From the IMG/VR virus record IMGVR_UViG_3300014205_000173: a stretch of 64,000 bases of DNA, one strand, 5' to 3'. Shown in pieces: positions 42,241 to 53,141 of the stretch. The stretch is from a virus. Lineage: Duplodnaviria > Caudoviricetes. Both the position numbers and the translations under genes were made by a program. Below the pieces are notes generated by a model. The model was not told where the DNA came from. It was given only the letters and a program-made list of their open reading frames with translations, and did not search any database. Numbering within the stretch: the stretch's first letter is position 1; each line of letters begins with the position of its first letter.

Positions 42241-43239
42241 TCAGGTGTTCTTTATTGGATTTGCAACAAAGACTTGTACCTTATAATTTCTTTGAGCGAA
42301 ATTTTCTATTTCTTTTTTATAATCTTCCCACTTACCTCCGCCCATATTACATCCAATACCGTGTGGGAATGCGACACTTTTTATGTCTTTAATTAAAGAA
42401 ATATCTTCTAAACATTTTCTAAAGTATACTAATCTATTTGTTCTACTATCTATTCCATCTTCAAATCTTGGTTTACCCGGAAAGACCTGAGACAACATAT
42501 TAATAACCTTCTCTCTTACAATAATTTGAGAAGGTTTTTGTTCCTTAGGAAGATCTTTTACTGTTGTATTTTTATTTCTAGTCTTATATATATCCGCCTC
42601 TGGATATCTCGTAAAGACTTTGTTTGCGAAACCGGCAGAATTAGATGTTAAGCAATTACATTGATGGGCAATATATTCTACATCTAAATCAAAAATATCT
42701 CCATCAACATATCTTACTTTATTTATAGGATAAGCCTTTTTCTTATTTTTGTCGATATATAATATAGTTGCTTTATTATAAGAAATATTTACAAAAGTAT
42801 CTTCTCTTTTGCCTCCATTCCCATCGGAAGAAATTCTTGTTTCATATTCTTTATTTTCAAAAGCAGCAAATATGTCTTTGGTATCAATTAAAATAACATG
42901 AAACTCATCATTTTTTCCCATTATGAAATATTTGTCTGAATCATTTTTGTTTTTTATTTTTCTATATGGGATATGAATCGTTGGAAATATTTTCTCAACT
43001 ATCTTATTGAATGCGTTTTTGTTTCTCATTTCCAATTCAATTTTAAATAGCTTTCCGTCACTCTTCCTTTTTAATAAACCATCATTTTTTTTATTTTCTT
43101 TCATTTCAACTAATTCATAAAAATTATAAAAAATATCAAGCTCTTGATCGAAAAAAAGTTTAAATCTTTCTTTTGCCTCTTTATCATTCTCATAAAGAGT
43201 CTCTGTGAATAATAATGTATCTTCAACTATTTCTGTCAT
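42241..43239 (-). CDS. putative PD-(D/E)xK-like domain fused to a macrodomain
   Basis: N-terminal D....IELE.R; C-terminal GDIF, AHQCNC, FP.GIGC.MGGG.W. Confidence 0.75.
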   Translation of the reverse strand: MTEIVEDTLLFTETLYENDKEAKERFKLFFDQELDIFYNFYELVEMKENKKNDGLLKRKSDGKLFKIELEMRNKNAFNKIVEKIFPTIHIPYRKIKNKNDSDKYFIMGKNDEFHVILIDTKDIFAAFENKEYETRISSDGNGGKREDTFVNISYNKATILYIDKNKKKAYPINKVRYVDGDIFDLDVEYIAHQCNCLTSNSAGFANKVFTRYPEADIYKTRNKNTTVKDLPKEQKPSQIIVREKVINMLSQVFPGKPRFEDGIDSRTNRLVYFRKCLEDISLIKDIKSVAFPHGIGCNMGGGKWEDYKKEIENFAQRNYKVQVFVANPIKNT

Positions 43240-43382
43240 TTTCTTTTCTTTTTTTTAAAGTTTCTATTAAAAAGATTTTGTCTTCTTCAGATAAATTTGA
43301 CCATTCTTTTATCTCATCAATAGTTCTTCCGCAACCAATACAAACATTGCTTTTTAAAATACAATTATTAACACATGGAGAA

Positions 43383-44326
43383 TTATTCTTTTTCATACTC
43401 TTCCTTAAGTTTTAAGTAAAGCTTTCTCCTATTTTCTTCTGACTGTTTTTTCCTTTCATTATCAAGCTCAATATGTCTTTGTCTAAGTCTTTCTTCTTCA
43501 ATTTCTTTTTCTTTTTTTATTTCAATATTTGCTTTTTCCATAGAAGTTGTAACTAAATCTTTAAAAAAGTCAGAAGACTTTATTTCATAATTCAAGGCAG
43601 CATCACAATAAGGAATATTTCCATTTTCGCTAATAATACAAAAATCAACACTTCTATTATACTTAATAGCATTCATTTGTTCTTCAAGTAAAAGTTCTTT
43701 TAACTTTTCAAAGTCTAAATTATTATACACAGAACAGTCACAAAAACAGCTATCGCTACTAAAGCGATCATAATCTTCAGTAACATAAGAGACCAATATA
43801 TATGCCATATTAAAAAACTCCATTTACAATATTCTTAAAACATTCTTTCTGTTTTCTTACCACCAATTATATTCATGGACTCTTCACTTAGAACATGAAA
43901 CCAATGTCCACAAAGGCAATGAAAACCCTTCCCCCCTGTTTCCTCACAAGTTTCTCTTGATATTGAAATATATTTCCCTATAATAGAATACACTTCTTCT
44001 TCAATTTCTTTTGGAATTTCTGATACATAAAACCTAAGTTCAGCCCATTTTTCTTTAACTTGAAAACAAACTATTGGTTTCTCATTTCTTTTAATTAAAC
44101 TTACATTTATTTCTTCTAATTCTTTAGAAAGATTATCTATTAATTTTAACCATCCAACGGGAGGATTAAAACCACATTTAACATTACTGTAAAGCAATGG
44201 ATATTTTTCCAATATTGCTTTATAAGACAATTCTGAATTAGCATATAACTTATCACATACAACTTTGTTAAATATTATTTCTTTTGAATTGTTTTTTAAA
44301 CTATTTATTGAGTCATTGTTTGTCAT
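43383..44326 (-). CDS. two hypothetical proteins (43383-43823, 43835-44326)
   Basis: The second has GW..LI..QVKEKWAELRFY..TCE.TG. Confidence 0.65.
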
Positions 44327-44345
44327 GATTAAGTCTCCTATAATC

Positions 44346-44843
44346 TTAAAGAGACTCTTTTACAATTGAATTTGCTTTTTTCCCATCATATTGTCCATTG
44401 AAATTTTCAACCAAATACTTCATAACTAAGCCAATTGATTTTGGTCCCTTTTTTTCTAATGGAATAGTAGAAATAAAATCTAAGATTTTACTTCGAAGAT
44501 CGTCATCGGTTAGTTGTGTAGGTAGATATTTGTTTAAAATAGAAATTTCAGTTTCAGCTTCTTTGCTTCCAGTAATATCAAGATTTTCTTGCACATTCTT
44601 TTTCAATCTTTTAACTGCCTCTAAAACCTGAACATCAGAAGGAAGCTCAACCTTACTTTCTTTAGCAATTAATTGTGCATTAGATATCAATAACGAAAGT
44701 AAGTTCTTCTTTATAACATCTTTATTCTTCATAGACTGAATGAAGTCATCTTTTAACTCTTTAATTAGGCTCATTTGAATTCTCCATTTTTTAATTTTAG
44801 TAATACTAACATAATTAGTACAGAAACAGTATGTTTTAGTCAA
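44346..44843 (-). CDS. GatB/YqeY-domain protein (likely start 44774)
   Basis: L..D....MK.KD, E..IL..YLP.QL, G.VMK, G.YDGK. Confidence 0.88.
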   Translation of the reverse strand: MTKTYCFCTNYVSITKIKKWRIQMSLIKELKDDFIQSMKNKDVIKKNLLSLLISNAQLIAKESKVELPSDVQVLEAVKRLKKNVQENLDITGSKEAETEISILNKYLPTQLTDDDLRSKILDFISTIPLEKKGPKSIGLVMKYLVENFNGQYDGKKANSIVKESL

Positions 44844-44864
44844 CTATAAAATAGGCCAAAACAA

Positions 44865-45464
44865 TCAAGATAACTCTGTTGGGTTAATTTTTAAAAAAAT
44901 TTGGTTTAATTCCAATTCGCTTTTTCCATCAAGAGACCATTCTCCATCAAGATCTACTTCATTCCAAAAAAAGCCACTTTCTTCCATCTTATATTTTATT
45001 TTATTCTTCAAGGAATTACAACGCATTTCATCAACTTCAGTTGTATCTAAAGAAACTTCTTTACCGCAAATATAATCATATATATCTTCTGTTAAAAAAG
45101 TATAAGCTTCATCATTCCTGTTACATGGATTTATTTTCGACGGAGTGTAATTTAAAAAAGTAAAACTTTTAGATTCTTTATTGAAAGCTAATATTGGAGT
45201 TACAGTTCCATCATTTTCATTAAAAAAATCATGAGTTCTACAAACTTCTTCAAGAATTTCCTTGTAAGTAAAACCTTTAAGTGCGAACTGATCTTTATTG
45301 TCATTTCTAATAAATAACTTAAATCTTAATCTATAGAGAATTTGAATTGCCTCAGGAAGATATTCATCCTTTGGAGCACCCATTGCCCTAAATTTAGATA
45401 TATCGTGTTTGTACAAAATTGCTGATATCATTTCTTTTGTTTCTTTGGACTTAAGCGATCTCAT
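44865..45464 (-). CDS. hypothetical protein, paralog of 1895..2416
   Basis: KHD....GAPKDEY.PEA. Confidence 0.65.
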   Translation of the reverse strand: MRSLKSKETKEMISAILYKHDISKFRAMGAPKDEYLPEAIQILYRLRFKLFIRNDNKDQFALKGFTYKEILEEVCRTHDFFNENDGTVTPILAFNKESKSFTFLNYTPSKINPCNRNDEAYTFLTEDIYDYICGKEVSLDTTEVDEMRCNSLKNKIKYKMEESGFFWNEVDLDGEWSLDGKSELELNQIFLKINPTELS

Positions 45465-45471
45465 AAATTCC

Positions 45472-46686
45472 TCAATATTTTGTAATATATATTTTTGTTT
45501 TAAGACAGAATTTGTTTACTATTTCTAATTCTTTTCCTGTTGGTGCTCTATTTGCCTTACCTGCTGCCTGAACAATTGCGTTACCTCTTATCTCTAATGT
45601 CAATATCCTTTCTCCATTTTTAGTCATTGACCAAATAGAACAATCTCCTCTTACACAAGATTCCAAATAACTTATTACACAGTGTCTTAAAGCCATCCCT
45701 TCACGTTTCAAATTTTCACCACATAGTATTTGTTTGATTTCCCATATAGTATAATTAGAATCTTCAATATGTTCTTCAAAAATAAAGTCAGGAACATTAA
45801 TCCCATTCCAATTTACCTTGCTGTTTATATTTTTAATTTTATTCATATCGTCATGCCATTTTACAGCTTCTATCAATACATTTTCTATTGTTCTTCCTTT
45901 CATTGTAAAGTTTTCATTATGAAAAACATTATTCCTGTTAAATTTTCTATCAAAAGCCCAATCAAAAATTTCAATAAATTTATTTGGGTCAAGCATTCTA
46001 TGTGGAACAAACCATCTCATAAGATCTATAAAAAAGTCTTCTTCTTCTTTTGTTGATTTAATTGTTGATCTAATCATTCTTTGAAGATATAAAATTCCAC
46101 GAGAACTAGCCATATTTCCACCCAAGCTAACAAACTGAGCAATTCTAAGTGCTTGTGATGGATGATATTTTGAATTTGATTTAGAAAACAAATGAGCTTG
46201 TCTTTTAGTTATTGGTATTGGTGAAGTCTTAACTATGCTTTCTCCTCTTGCAAGCATAAAAAACCAAACAAACCAGCCTTCAGTATAAGCAGTTGCAAGC
46301 GATGAATCTTCCCAAATATTTCTCCAGAAAAATGGCATTTTATACTCAACAAATAAATGATCCACAAGTTGAAAAAAATGAGAATCAGGACTTTTACCAC
46401 AAAAAACAACATCTTCCAAATTTCTTATATAATAATCTTTGTATTTAACTATACGTTCCAATCCTTTAAAAAAACGTGAATACATTGGAAGTTTAGTTCT
46501 TTTTTTTTCTAAAAACTTAATAAGATCAAAAAAATCTGATCTATACTTCGAATCTAACAATAAGGATGGATATTTCCTATAAAAAACCTTTTCAATGTCT
46601 TCTTCTTTAACAAGAATATTTCTGAAAAGATTTTTCGCTTGTATTTCTTTTATCCTTTTTTCTTCTCTAAGTGTTTTGTTAGTCAT
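45472..46686 (-). CDS. PcfJ-like domain protein
   Basis: WH, L..EG..LRHCV.SY, I.S, TLE, Q..G..N. Confidence 0.82.
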   Translation of the reverse strand: MTNKTLREEKRIKEIQAKNLFRNILVKEEDIEKVFYRKYPSLLLDSKYRSDFFDLIKFLEKKRTKLPMYSRFFKGLERIVKYKDYYIRNLEDVVFCGKSPDSHFFQLVDHLFVEYKMPFFWRNIWEDSSLATAYTEGWFVWFFMLARGESIVKTSPIPITKRQAHLFSKSNSKYHPSQALRIAQFVSLGGNMASSRGILYLQRMIRSTIKSTKEEEDFFIDLMRWFVPHRMLDPNKFIEIFDWAFDRKFNRNNVFHNENFTMKGRTIENVLIEAVKWHDDMNKIKNINSKVNWNGINVPDFIFEEHIEDSNYTIWEIKQILCGENLKREGMALRHCVISYLESCVRGDCSIWSMTKNGERILTLEIRGNAIVQAAGKANRAPTGKELEIVNKFCLKTKIYITKY

Positions 46687-48697
46687 ATTTTTTCACTATA
46701 AAGTTGTTAAAATGACCAAGACCTAAATTCTTTCTTCTACTATTAAAAGCTCTTTTGCTTAAATAAAAACAAACGTTTAAATCTAAATTCTTCCATGGAT
46801 TTTCAATTTTTTCATCCATTGGATCTAACCTATTTAGAATGTGGTTTCCATTATAAGGATCTTCTTTATAAAAGTTTTGCAAAAAAACAGGTAACTCATC
46901 TATTTTTTTATTACAAATTTTAGAAATAGATTCTGCTGTAGATACATAAAAGAATCCGACGATAGAAGCTTGCGTTTTGTTTTCAAAACACAATCTTTTA
47001 TTATGTTCCTTTGTATAAAAAGAAATCGGGCTAGGGAAAAATAAACTACTATGAGAAATAGAAACAACTTCTAGTATATTTCCTGTTACTTTTTTAGAAT
47101 GATCAAACCTACATACATCATCTGTCTCCTGAGTTACGCCTTCAAAGTATAATTTTGCAATAGAATTTAAAATATTTTCTTTATTCTCTAAGATACACTT
47201 TTTATACCAATCTACTATCTCTTCTCTCTTCTCTTCAAACTCTTTTTTTGCTAGTTCATAAACTATTTGTGACTGATTGTATCTGGCAATATATCTTACA
47301 TCTTTTTCCATATTTCTTTTTTCTGAAAATTCTGTTACATTAAAAAATTGAATTTCATTTAAAGAATCTTTGTTACCAAACAATTTAATTGACTCTTCTT
47401 GCAAAAAAGTTAGAGGGCTTTCTTTTTTATCACAAGAAGAAATAAGTCTCTCATTGTTAAATCCGATTAGATTTAATAGATTCTCTGGAACCTTATCTGA
47501 GTATCTTTCTTCCATCCAACTATTAAATCTTTTTGGAGCATGTTGATAGTCTCCATCGTGCTCTTCTAATCCCAAATCTTCTGATTTGAATTTTTTAATT
47601 TCAATAAAATCATTTTTATTAATTTTAAGAGAAGTTCTTTCTTCTAATGTTGTTGGATTTAAAACCATTTCTCCAGTATATGACAATTCTTCACATTGAA
47701 AATCTTTTTTAAAGAATTTTTCTCTAATTAGTTCAAACATCATTACTATCCAAATAAATTGTTCTGGTTCACTATCCTTTATTGTTGCCAAAGGAAAGGC
47801 GACTGTATTGTATGGAACCAATCCGTTCTGATCTTTTACTACATATTCGAATGACGAATTACCAGTTGGAGAATATTCTAAAAAATGATATGGAAAATGA
47901 TATTTAAACGCCCTTTCTCGAAACAAGCGATCAGGTCTTCTTAAAATATATTTCTGCCCGGGATAAACAAAATTCTCTTTATCAGAAATAACATAAATAT
48001 TTTCTCCTGATTTTATTAAGAATGCAAAATAAGAAAAAAGCCCTTCTTCTAAATCACGAATTAAACAAAGTGTAACCCCAGACATTTTTTGATTAGCAGC
48101 AGAAACAATTGCAGAATTTATATTCCAAAACTGAAAAACAGTATCTTGATAAGAAAAATTGTCTTCATTTTTACCTTTAGAAAACTGAGAAGTTGTAAGT
48201 TTGTCAAGAGCCAAAAGAGCATCCTTTCTCAAGTATGCCATTTCTGCCGGATTTTCAATATATTTTAAAAGATTATTTTCCCATACAACTTTTTCTTCCT
48301 TGGAAAGCTTAGAATCACCAACACTATATGTTTTTGTAACATCTTTTATCTTAACAATAAAAGAATCTACTGCTTCTTTTATATTAGGAGAATTTATTTT
48401 AGAAATTAAACTTGAAATCTCATTTATTTTATTAATTGAGGCTTTGTCTTTATTTATTATATCTAAAACTGAAATTTTTGTCTCAACAGATACTTCTTCA
48501 AAAAATGCCATAAGAATCATGGCGGTTGTAAGCCCAGTAAAATCCAAATCCTGAGTATTCTTTAAAATTTTATAGCTTTCTTCAATTTCATATCTTTTAA
48601 TTTTAGAACCTTCACAAAATTTTACCCACATTTCGAGGCATTCGTTTAATGTCTCATTAATATTTTTTTCACGATTATCTTGTTCTATAAATTCCAT
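46679..48697 (-). CDS. large hypothetical protein (672 aa)
   Basis: Long uninterrupted ORF; no motif recognised. Confidence 0.8.
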   Translation of the reverse strand: MEFIEQDNREKNINETLNECLEMWVKFCEGSKIKRYEIEESYKILKNTQDLDFTGLTTAMILMAFFEEVSVETKISVLDIINKDKASINKINEISSLISKINSPNIKEAVDSFIVKIKDVTKTYSVGDSKLSKEEKVVWENNLLKYIENPAEMAYLRKDALLALDKLTTSQFSKGKNEDNFSYQDTVFQFWNINSAIVSAANQKMSGVTLCLIRDLEEGLFSYFAFLIKSGENIYVISDKENFVYPGQKYILRRPDRLFRERAFKYHFPYHFLEYSPTGNSSFEYVVKDQNGLVPYNTVAFPLATIKDSEPEQFIWIVMMFELIREKFFKKDFQCEELSYTGEMVLNPTTLEERTSLKINKNDFIEIKKFKSEDLGLEEHDGDYQHAPKRFNSWMEERYSDKVPENLLNLIGFNNERLISSCDKKESPLTFLQEESIKLFGNKDSLNEIQFFNVTEFSEKRNMEKDVRYIARYNQSQIVYELAKKEFEEKREEIVDWYKKCILENKENILNSIAKLYFEGVTQETDDVCRFDHSKKVTGNILEVVSISHSSLFFPSPISFYTKEHNKRLCFENKTQASIVGFFYVSTAESISKICNKKIDELPVFLQNFYKEDPYNGNHILNRLDPMDEKIENPWKNLDLNVCFYLSKRAFNSRRKNLGLGHFNNFIVKKYD

Positions 48698-48711
48698 AAA
48701 ATCTGTCCAAT

Positions 48712-48742
48712 AAAAATAGGGAGATCTAAATCAAATCTCCCC
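48712..48742 (-). terminator. putative intrinsic terminator
   Basis: GGGAGAT/ATCTCCC stem followed by TATTTTT on the minus strand. Confidence 0.5.
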
Positions 48743-48774
48743 ACAGTATTCCAATTTTAGATAACCAAGTAAAG

Positions 48775-49623
48775 CTATAAGGCCACTTTCTTTCGCAAAT
48801 CAAGAATCATGTAATATTTTTCGTACTCTTCTTGTACTAAATAAACTAATATGTTTTTAGAATCCGATTTACAAGTAAATGGACCTCCTGAAATAAACCC
48901 TGAGTTTTCAAAATCTTCACTACAAATACTAACAAGACTTTCAGACCAAAAAATACTCTCCTCTTCAGAAGACTCACACCAATAATTTTCAGTTTTATCA
49001 ACAAAAATAACTTTCTCTGCCGGGTTATAAGTTATTCCAAACAAATCACATAACCCATGAATTGATGTTGAATATTCTGTTATTAACTTTTTTACTTTCA
49101 TATTTTCCTCTTTTTCTTTATATAACCTCAATGTTTCAGTAGACGACAAATCTAAAAGGCCAAGAATATGACTGTCTGAAAATTCATTTGCATTAATCTC
49201 TTCCTTTAAAGTTCTTTTTGAGTTGTAATATACACCTTCTATTGGTATTATTATTCTCAAGTCTGGATTTTTATCCAATAAACAAATAACAGTGTTTCTA
49301 TAACAAGCTCTATAGTATCCTCCAATTAAATAAATACTTTCTTTACAATAAATATCTACAATTCCACCGGGACCATAGACAGAATAATCATACAATACAT
49401 TATATTCCCACTTATCTTTTGCTGATGATTTAATCCAAATTACTGTGTCTTTATTTTCTATAAAAGAATTTATAAAAGAATCTATCTTTTTACTTCCTTC
49501 ATAAGATGAAGGATGTACTACAACTATAACCCTATTTTTAAAAGGCTCAAAAATACGATACGGCAACTCTGAAGAAAAACAAAGGAAGGGAAATATTAAG
49601 AATATTATAAACAACAGTTTCAT
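48775..49623 (-). CDS. hypothetical protein with N-terminal signal peptide
   Basis: Hydrophobic N-terminus. Confidence 0.65.
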   Translation of the reverse strand: MKLLFIIFLIFPFLCFSSELPYRIFEPFKNRVIVVVHPSSYEGSKKIDSFINSFIENKDTVIWIKSSAKDKWEYNVLYDYSVYGPGGIVDIYCKESIYLIGGYYRACYRNTVICLLDKNPDLRIIIPIEGVYYNSKRTLKEEINANEFSDSHILGLLDLSSTETLRLYKEKEENMKVKKLITEYSTSIHGLCDLFGITYNPAEKVIFVDKTENYWCESSEEESIFWSESLVSICSEDFENSGFISGGPFTCKSDSKNILVYLVQEEYEKYYMILDLRKKVAL

Positions 49624-49696
49624 AAAAACACCTTAACTGTTGTTTACATTAATTACATAAAATATCCTTTAAAATTAATTTTTCATTTATATAATA

Positions 49697-50251
49697 TTAG
49701 TTTACCTCTAAACAACCATGTGTATAATAAATTCTATTATTATTTTTATCATGTTCATATTTATACCAATTACCATTAGAATATTCTTCTTTAATTAAAT
49801 TGTTATTTGAATCATATTCGTATTTTATCCAAGAACCATCATGACCTTCATATTTAATTCTATTGTTATTTTTGTCGTATTCATATCTTTCCCAAAAGCC
49901 ACTAGAAGTTTCATATTTAATATAATTGCCTTTATCATCAAAATATTTCTTAAAATATTTCTTACTATTATATTTTTCTACAATTAAATTAGATAAATTA
50001 ACTTCTTCCAAAATCTTAATTTTATTTGTAACAGACTTATCCTCTCTACTATCAATATCCCCTAAAGCTTCTACCTTAAATATTTTAAGATTTTTATTTG
50101 GAGAATAATAGTTAAACACATCAATTAAATCTTGACAGAAATGAAACCCATTTTTACATATTTCCAATTCACCATCTAAAGTATAGGTTTCTCCAACTTT
50201 ATAGAGTTGGTTCAAACAATATCCATTATAAGTTGCCTTATAGCCAATCAT
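49697..50251 (-). CDS. MIGYKAT-family paralog
   Basis: Same domain and repeats. Confidence 0.9.
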   Translation of the reverse strand: MIGYKATYNGYCLNQLYKVGETYTLDGELEICKNGFHFCQDLIDVFNYYSPNKNLKIFKVEALGDIDSREDKSVTNKIKILEEVNLSNLIVEKYNSKKYFKKYFDDKGNYIKYETSSGFWERYEYDKNNNRIKYEGHDGSWIKYEYDSNNNLIKEEYSNGNWYKYEHDKNNNRIYYTHGCLEVN

Positions 50252-50264
50252 ATACTTATCCTTA

Positions 50265-50714
50265 TCAAAATTCTAACATTTCAAAAAAATCGTAGCTATC
50301 ATTTGTTTTAAAATAAATATTATTTTCTTTTTTAATATTAAATCTTTTTACATTTTCTTTACTGTTGCATTCATGATGAAAATATGATCCACAAGACGAA
50401 TAATTATAACATTCATTTCTGTTTCTAAAAACAAGCAAATAACAGTTACATTTAGAACAAATTTTATTTTCAATTATTAAAACTGAATTTTCATATATAA
50501 AATTTAAAAGGTTTTTTCCAAAATCTTTTCCTATTAATTCTACTGGCTCTTTAAATTTAATACCAAAACGATCTATCTTTGAAATTTTCCAGTATCTTTT
50601 TATTATTTCAACGTCATCTTCTTTTAATTTTTCTGTTAAGAAAAGAATTTTCCCACTATTTTTTAAATCTTTAGAAAAATTAAGGTTTTTAGCCAAATTA
50701 GATAACATTGCCAT
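50265..50714 (-). CDS. hypothetical protein
   Basis: CxxC..H.C; ends FFEMLEF. Confidence 0.65.
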   Translation of the reverse strand: MAMLSNLAKNLNFSKDLKNSGKILFLTEKLKEDDVEIIKRYWKISKIDRFGIKFKEPVELIGKDFGKNLLNFIYENSVLIIENKICSKCNCYLLVFRNRNECYNYSSCGSYFHHECNSKENVKRFNIKKENNIYFKTNDSYDFFEMLEF

Positions 50715-50726
50715 ATTTTTTCCATT

Positions 50727-51209
50727 CTATTTTATTCTATCTGTACTACCAAATCCATTTTCTCCACGGTCAGTAGCTTCAAATTCTTCTACAATTTCAA
50801 ATTTTGGAAGATACACCATTTCAAATAAAAGTTGAGCTATTCTATCTTCAACCTTTATTTCAACAGAATTATCTGTAGTATTGTGTAAAATAACTTTCAA
50901 TGGACCAGTATAGTTTTGGTCTACTATACCTGGAGAATTTAAAACTTCAACACCATTTTTTGCTGCCATTCCAGACCTACAACAAACCTTACATACTAAA
51001 GCAGTTTTTTCGAATTCTTCAGTATCTTCATAGACAAATCTCCAAAGATTTATATTAATACCAGTGTCTACTACAACAGTAGAATGTGGTAGAATTATAA
51101 CATTTTCAATAGAAAAAACATCATATCCAGCATCATTACTATGAGACTGTTTTGGTAGTTTTGCTTCTGAATGTCTTTTTTTTACTTTAACAATATAATC
51201 AAAATTCAT
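50727..51209 (-). CDS. dut: trimeric dUTPase
   Basis: AGYD, RSG, GIVD.NYTG, RIAQL, RGENGFGST. Confidence 0.96.
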   Translation of the reverse strand: MNFDYIVKVKKRHSEAKLPKQSHSNDAGYDVFSIENVIILPHSTVVVDTGININLWRFVYEDTEEFEKTALVCKVCCRSGMAAKNGVEVLNSPGIVDQNYTGPLKVILHNTTDNSVEIKVEDRIAQLLFEMVYLPKFEIVEEFEATDRGENGFGSTDRIK

Positions 51210-52345
51210 TTTAATTTCCTTGGTTGGTCTATTCCATCAGTATCATTTGTAGCAAAAAATTCTTCCCAATGTCTAACTCTCCACTCAAAACCAGCAGAAA
51301 TAAGCTGGTTTTCTGGGCTTAAAGTTTCATAAATATTTATATTGTGATTTTCACAATCAATCCATTTGAACTTAAAAACCTCCTCTAAAATTCTATCACG
51401 AACTCTTATGCTTGGTTTGTAATTCATTATTCCAAACACAATATTATCTTTCTGCTCTTCAGAAAGCTCATTTAAATTTTGTATAGTAATATTTTTCATT
51501 TAAACTAAATTTATCCTAACGTAATAATATCTTTTTTATCAACAAGAGAAAGCGAAATATCTTCATCAAAAAAATCTATTTTCCAAAATGTATTTAAAAC
51601 AACCAAATCTCTCTTAGTATCAAAACCATCTTTTAAATTAAACATTAATCCTGTAGACACTACTTTTTTTGCAACAACAAGGAGTTCTTCTGTAGCTAAA
51701 GATAAATCAAAATAATTTTGTTCTTTAATTTCACTATATGACCAACTAAGACGATCTTTTGTTGAATTATATATTCCTTCAATTGGAATATTATCTATAT
51801 TAAGTATTACTAAATAATCCTTATTATTATCAAGACCAGATAAATCATCTTCATAAAACATGAATTTATCTTTAACAATTATTTTATAGTCATTCATTTC
51901 ACAAAAGAAATCATAAACAGGAAGACCTACTTCTTTTTTATTTTTGTTTAAATTATCGTTTTCTTCTAGCTTTCTAAAACATTCTTTTTGTAGATCTTTT
52001 AATTCTAATCCTGATAGTATTTTTGTTATTAATAGTAAATTTAACATTTTGTTATCTTTCTTAAAAGGAAGGAAATTCAAATCCATCTTTTTCCGCACTA
52101 TCATAATTCACAATTCCTTCAGGATAGTTACAATTTCCTAAAGATCTAATTTTAACCTTAAAATAATCTCTTACATCTGTATGATTACAATGTTTTTTAT
52201 GATAAAAATATTTTGCTTTACTTCTTGTTTCTGCTGCAATAAACAAAACATCTCGCCCAAGATATGTTGGACCAGAAAATTCTGGATATCCTAACTCAAT
52301 TTCCTTATATTCATATTCTTCAGATAGAAGAGCAAATAATTTCAT
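51206..52345 (-). CDS. three hypothetical proteins (51206-51499, 51511-52104, 52061-52345)
   Basis: Tiled ORFs. Confidence 0.6.
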
Positions 52346-52617
52346 AATAGCTTTTCCTTTTTAGCAACAATTGCACGAATACAAACAAATGAAACATCCA
52401 GAATCTCGGATTCAAAACATAACACATCTTGCAAATGAGCCTCTTCACAGGCTTCACCATATTCCTCAGTGAGCTTACCTACAGCCTCAGACAATGAGAC
52501 AAATGGATATTGAGAAGATTTCTTTTTTGATATTTTTTCCATTGCTCTCTTTTTCATCTTAAGAAGAGCAAAATCAATATCGCTTTCTGTCAACTCTTTG
52601 ATTTCTATTTTTTTCAA
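52342..52617 (-). CDS. MazG-like NTP pyrophosphatase
   Basis: L.EE.GE...E....E..DV pattern. Confidence 0.6.
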   Translation of the reverse strand: MKKIEIKELTESDIDFALLKMKKRAMEKISKKKSSQYPFVSLSEAVGKLTEEYGEACEEAHLQDVLCFESEILDVSFVCIRAIVAKKEKLL

Positions 52618-52650
52618 TAAAGATCTTCCAATAAGAGATTATATTAAAAC

Positions 52651-52700
52651 AGAATATTTTGTCATACTTTTAAAGTCAACCACCATTTAAATTGGGCCAA
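52651..52700 (-). promoter_or_regulatory. sigma70-like promoter with GGCC box
   Basis: TTGACT-17-TATTCT; GGCC at 52695-52698. Confidence 0.6.
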
Positions 52701-52708
52701 ATAAAACA

Positions 52709-53110
52709 CTACAACAAACTAAATGACTGAGTTTCAAAATCAACATTCCATCCATTTCTAGAAAGAATGTCGTAAATTTCGTCATTAGTAACAAAAATAT
52801 CTTTATATTCCAATATTACCCTAACTTCCTCAACCCTTACCCATTCTGACTCTCTTCTCTTTGTATTTGATGCAATTTCTTTAATGGAAATTAAAACATA
52901 AGGATAAATATTATTATCCAGATACTTTTCTCTTTCTACTATTGAGTTTTTATATATTTCAGCAACTTCCTTCATAAACTTATTTGGTAATGGACTTGTA
53001 AGCTTAACATATATAAGCATGGAAACAATAAACGCAAACACCACAACTGTACCAATTTCAATTGGACCCATTACTGTAAGAATTTCAATTAGACATTTTT
53101 TGGGTTTCAT
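52709..53110 (-). CDS. membrane-anchored hypothetical protein
   Basis: One hydrophobic helix. Confidence 0.6.
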   Translation of the reverse strand: MKPKKCLIEILTVMGPIEIGTVVVFAFIVSMLIYVKLTSPLPNKFMKEVAEIYKNSIVEREKYLDNNIYPYVLISIKEIASNTKRRESEWVRVEEVRVILEYKDIFVTNDEIYDILSRNGWNVDFETQSFSLL

Positions 53111-53141
53111 AAAATTTCATCTCAACAAATAAACATTATAT

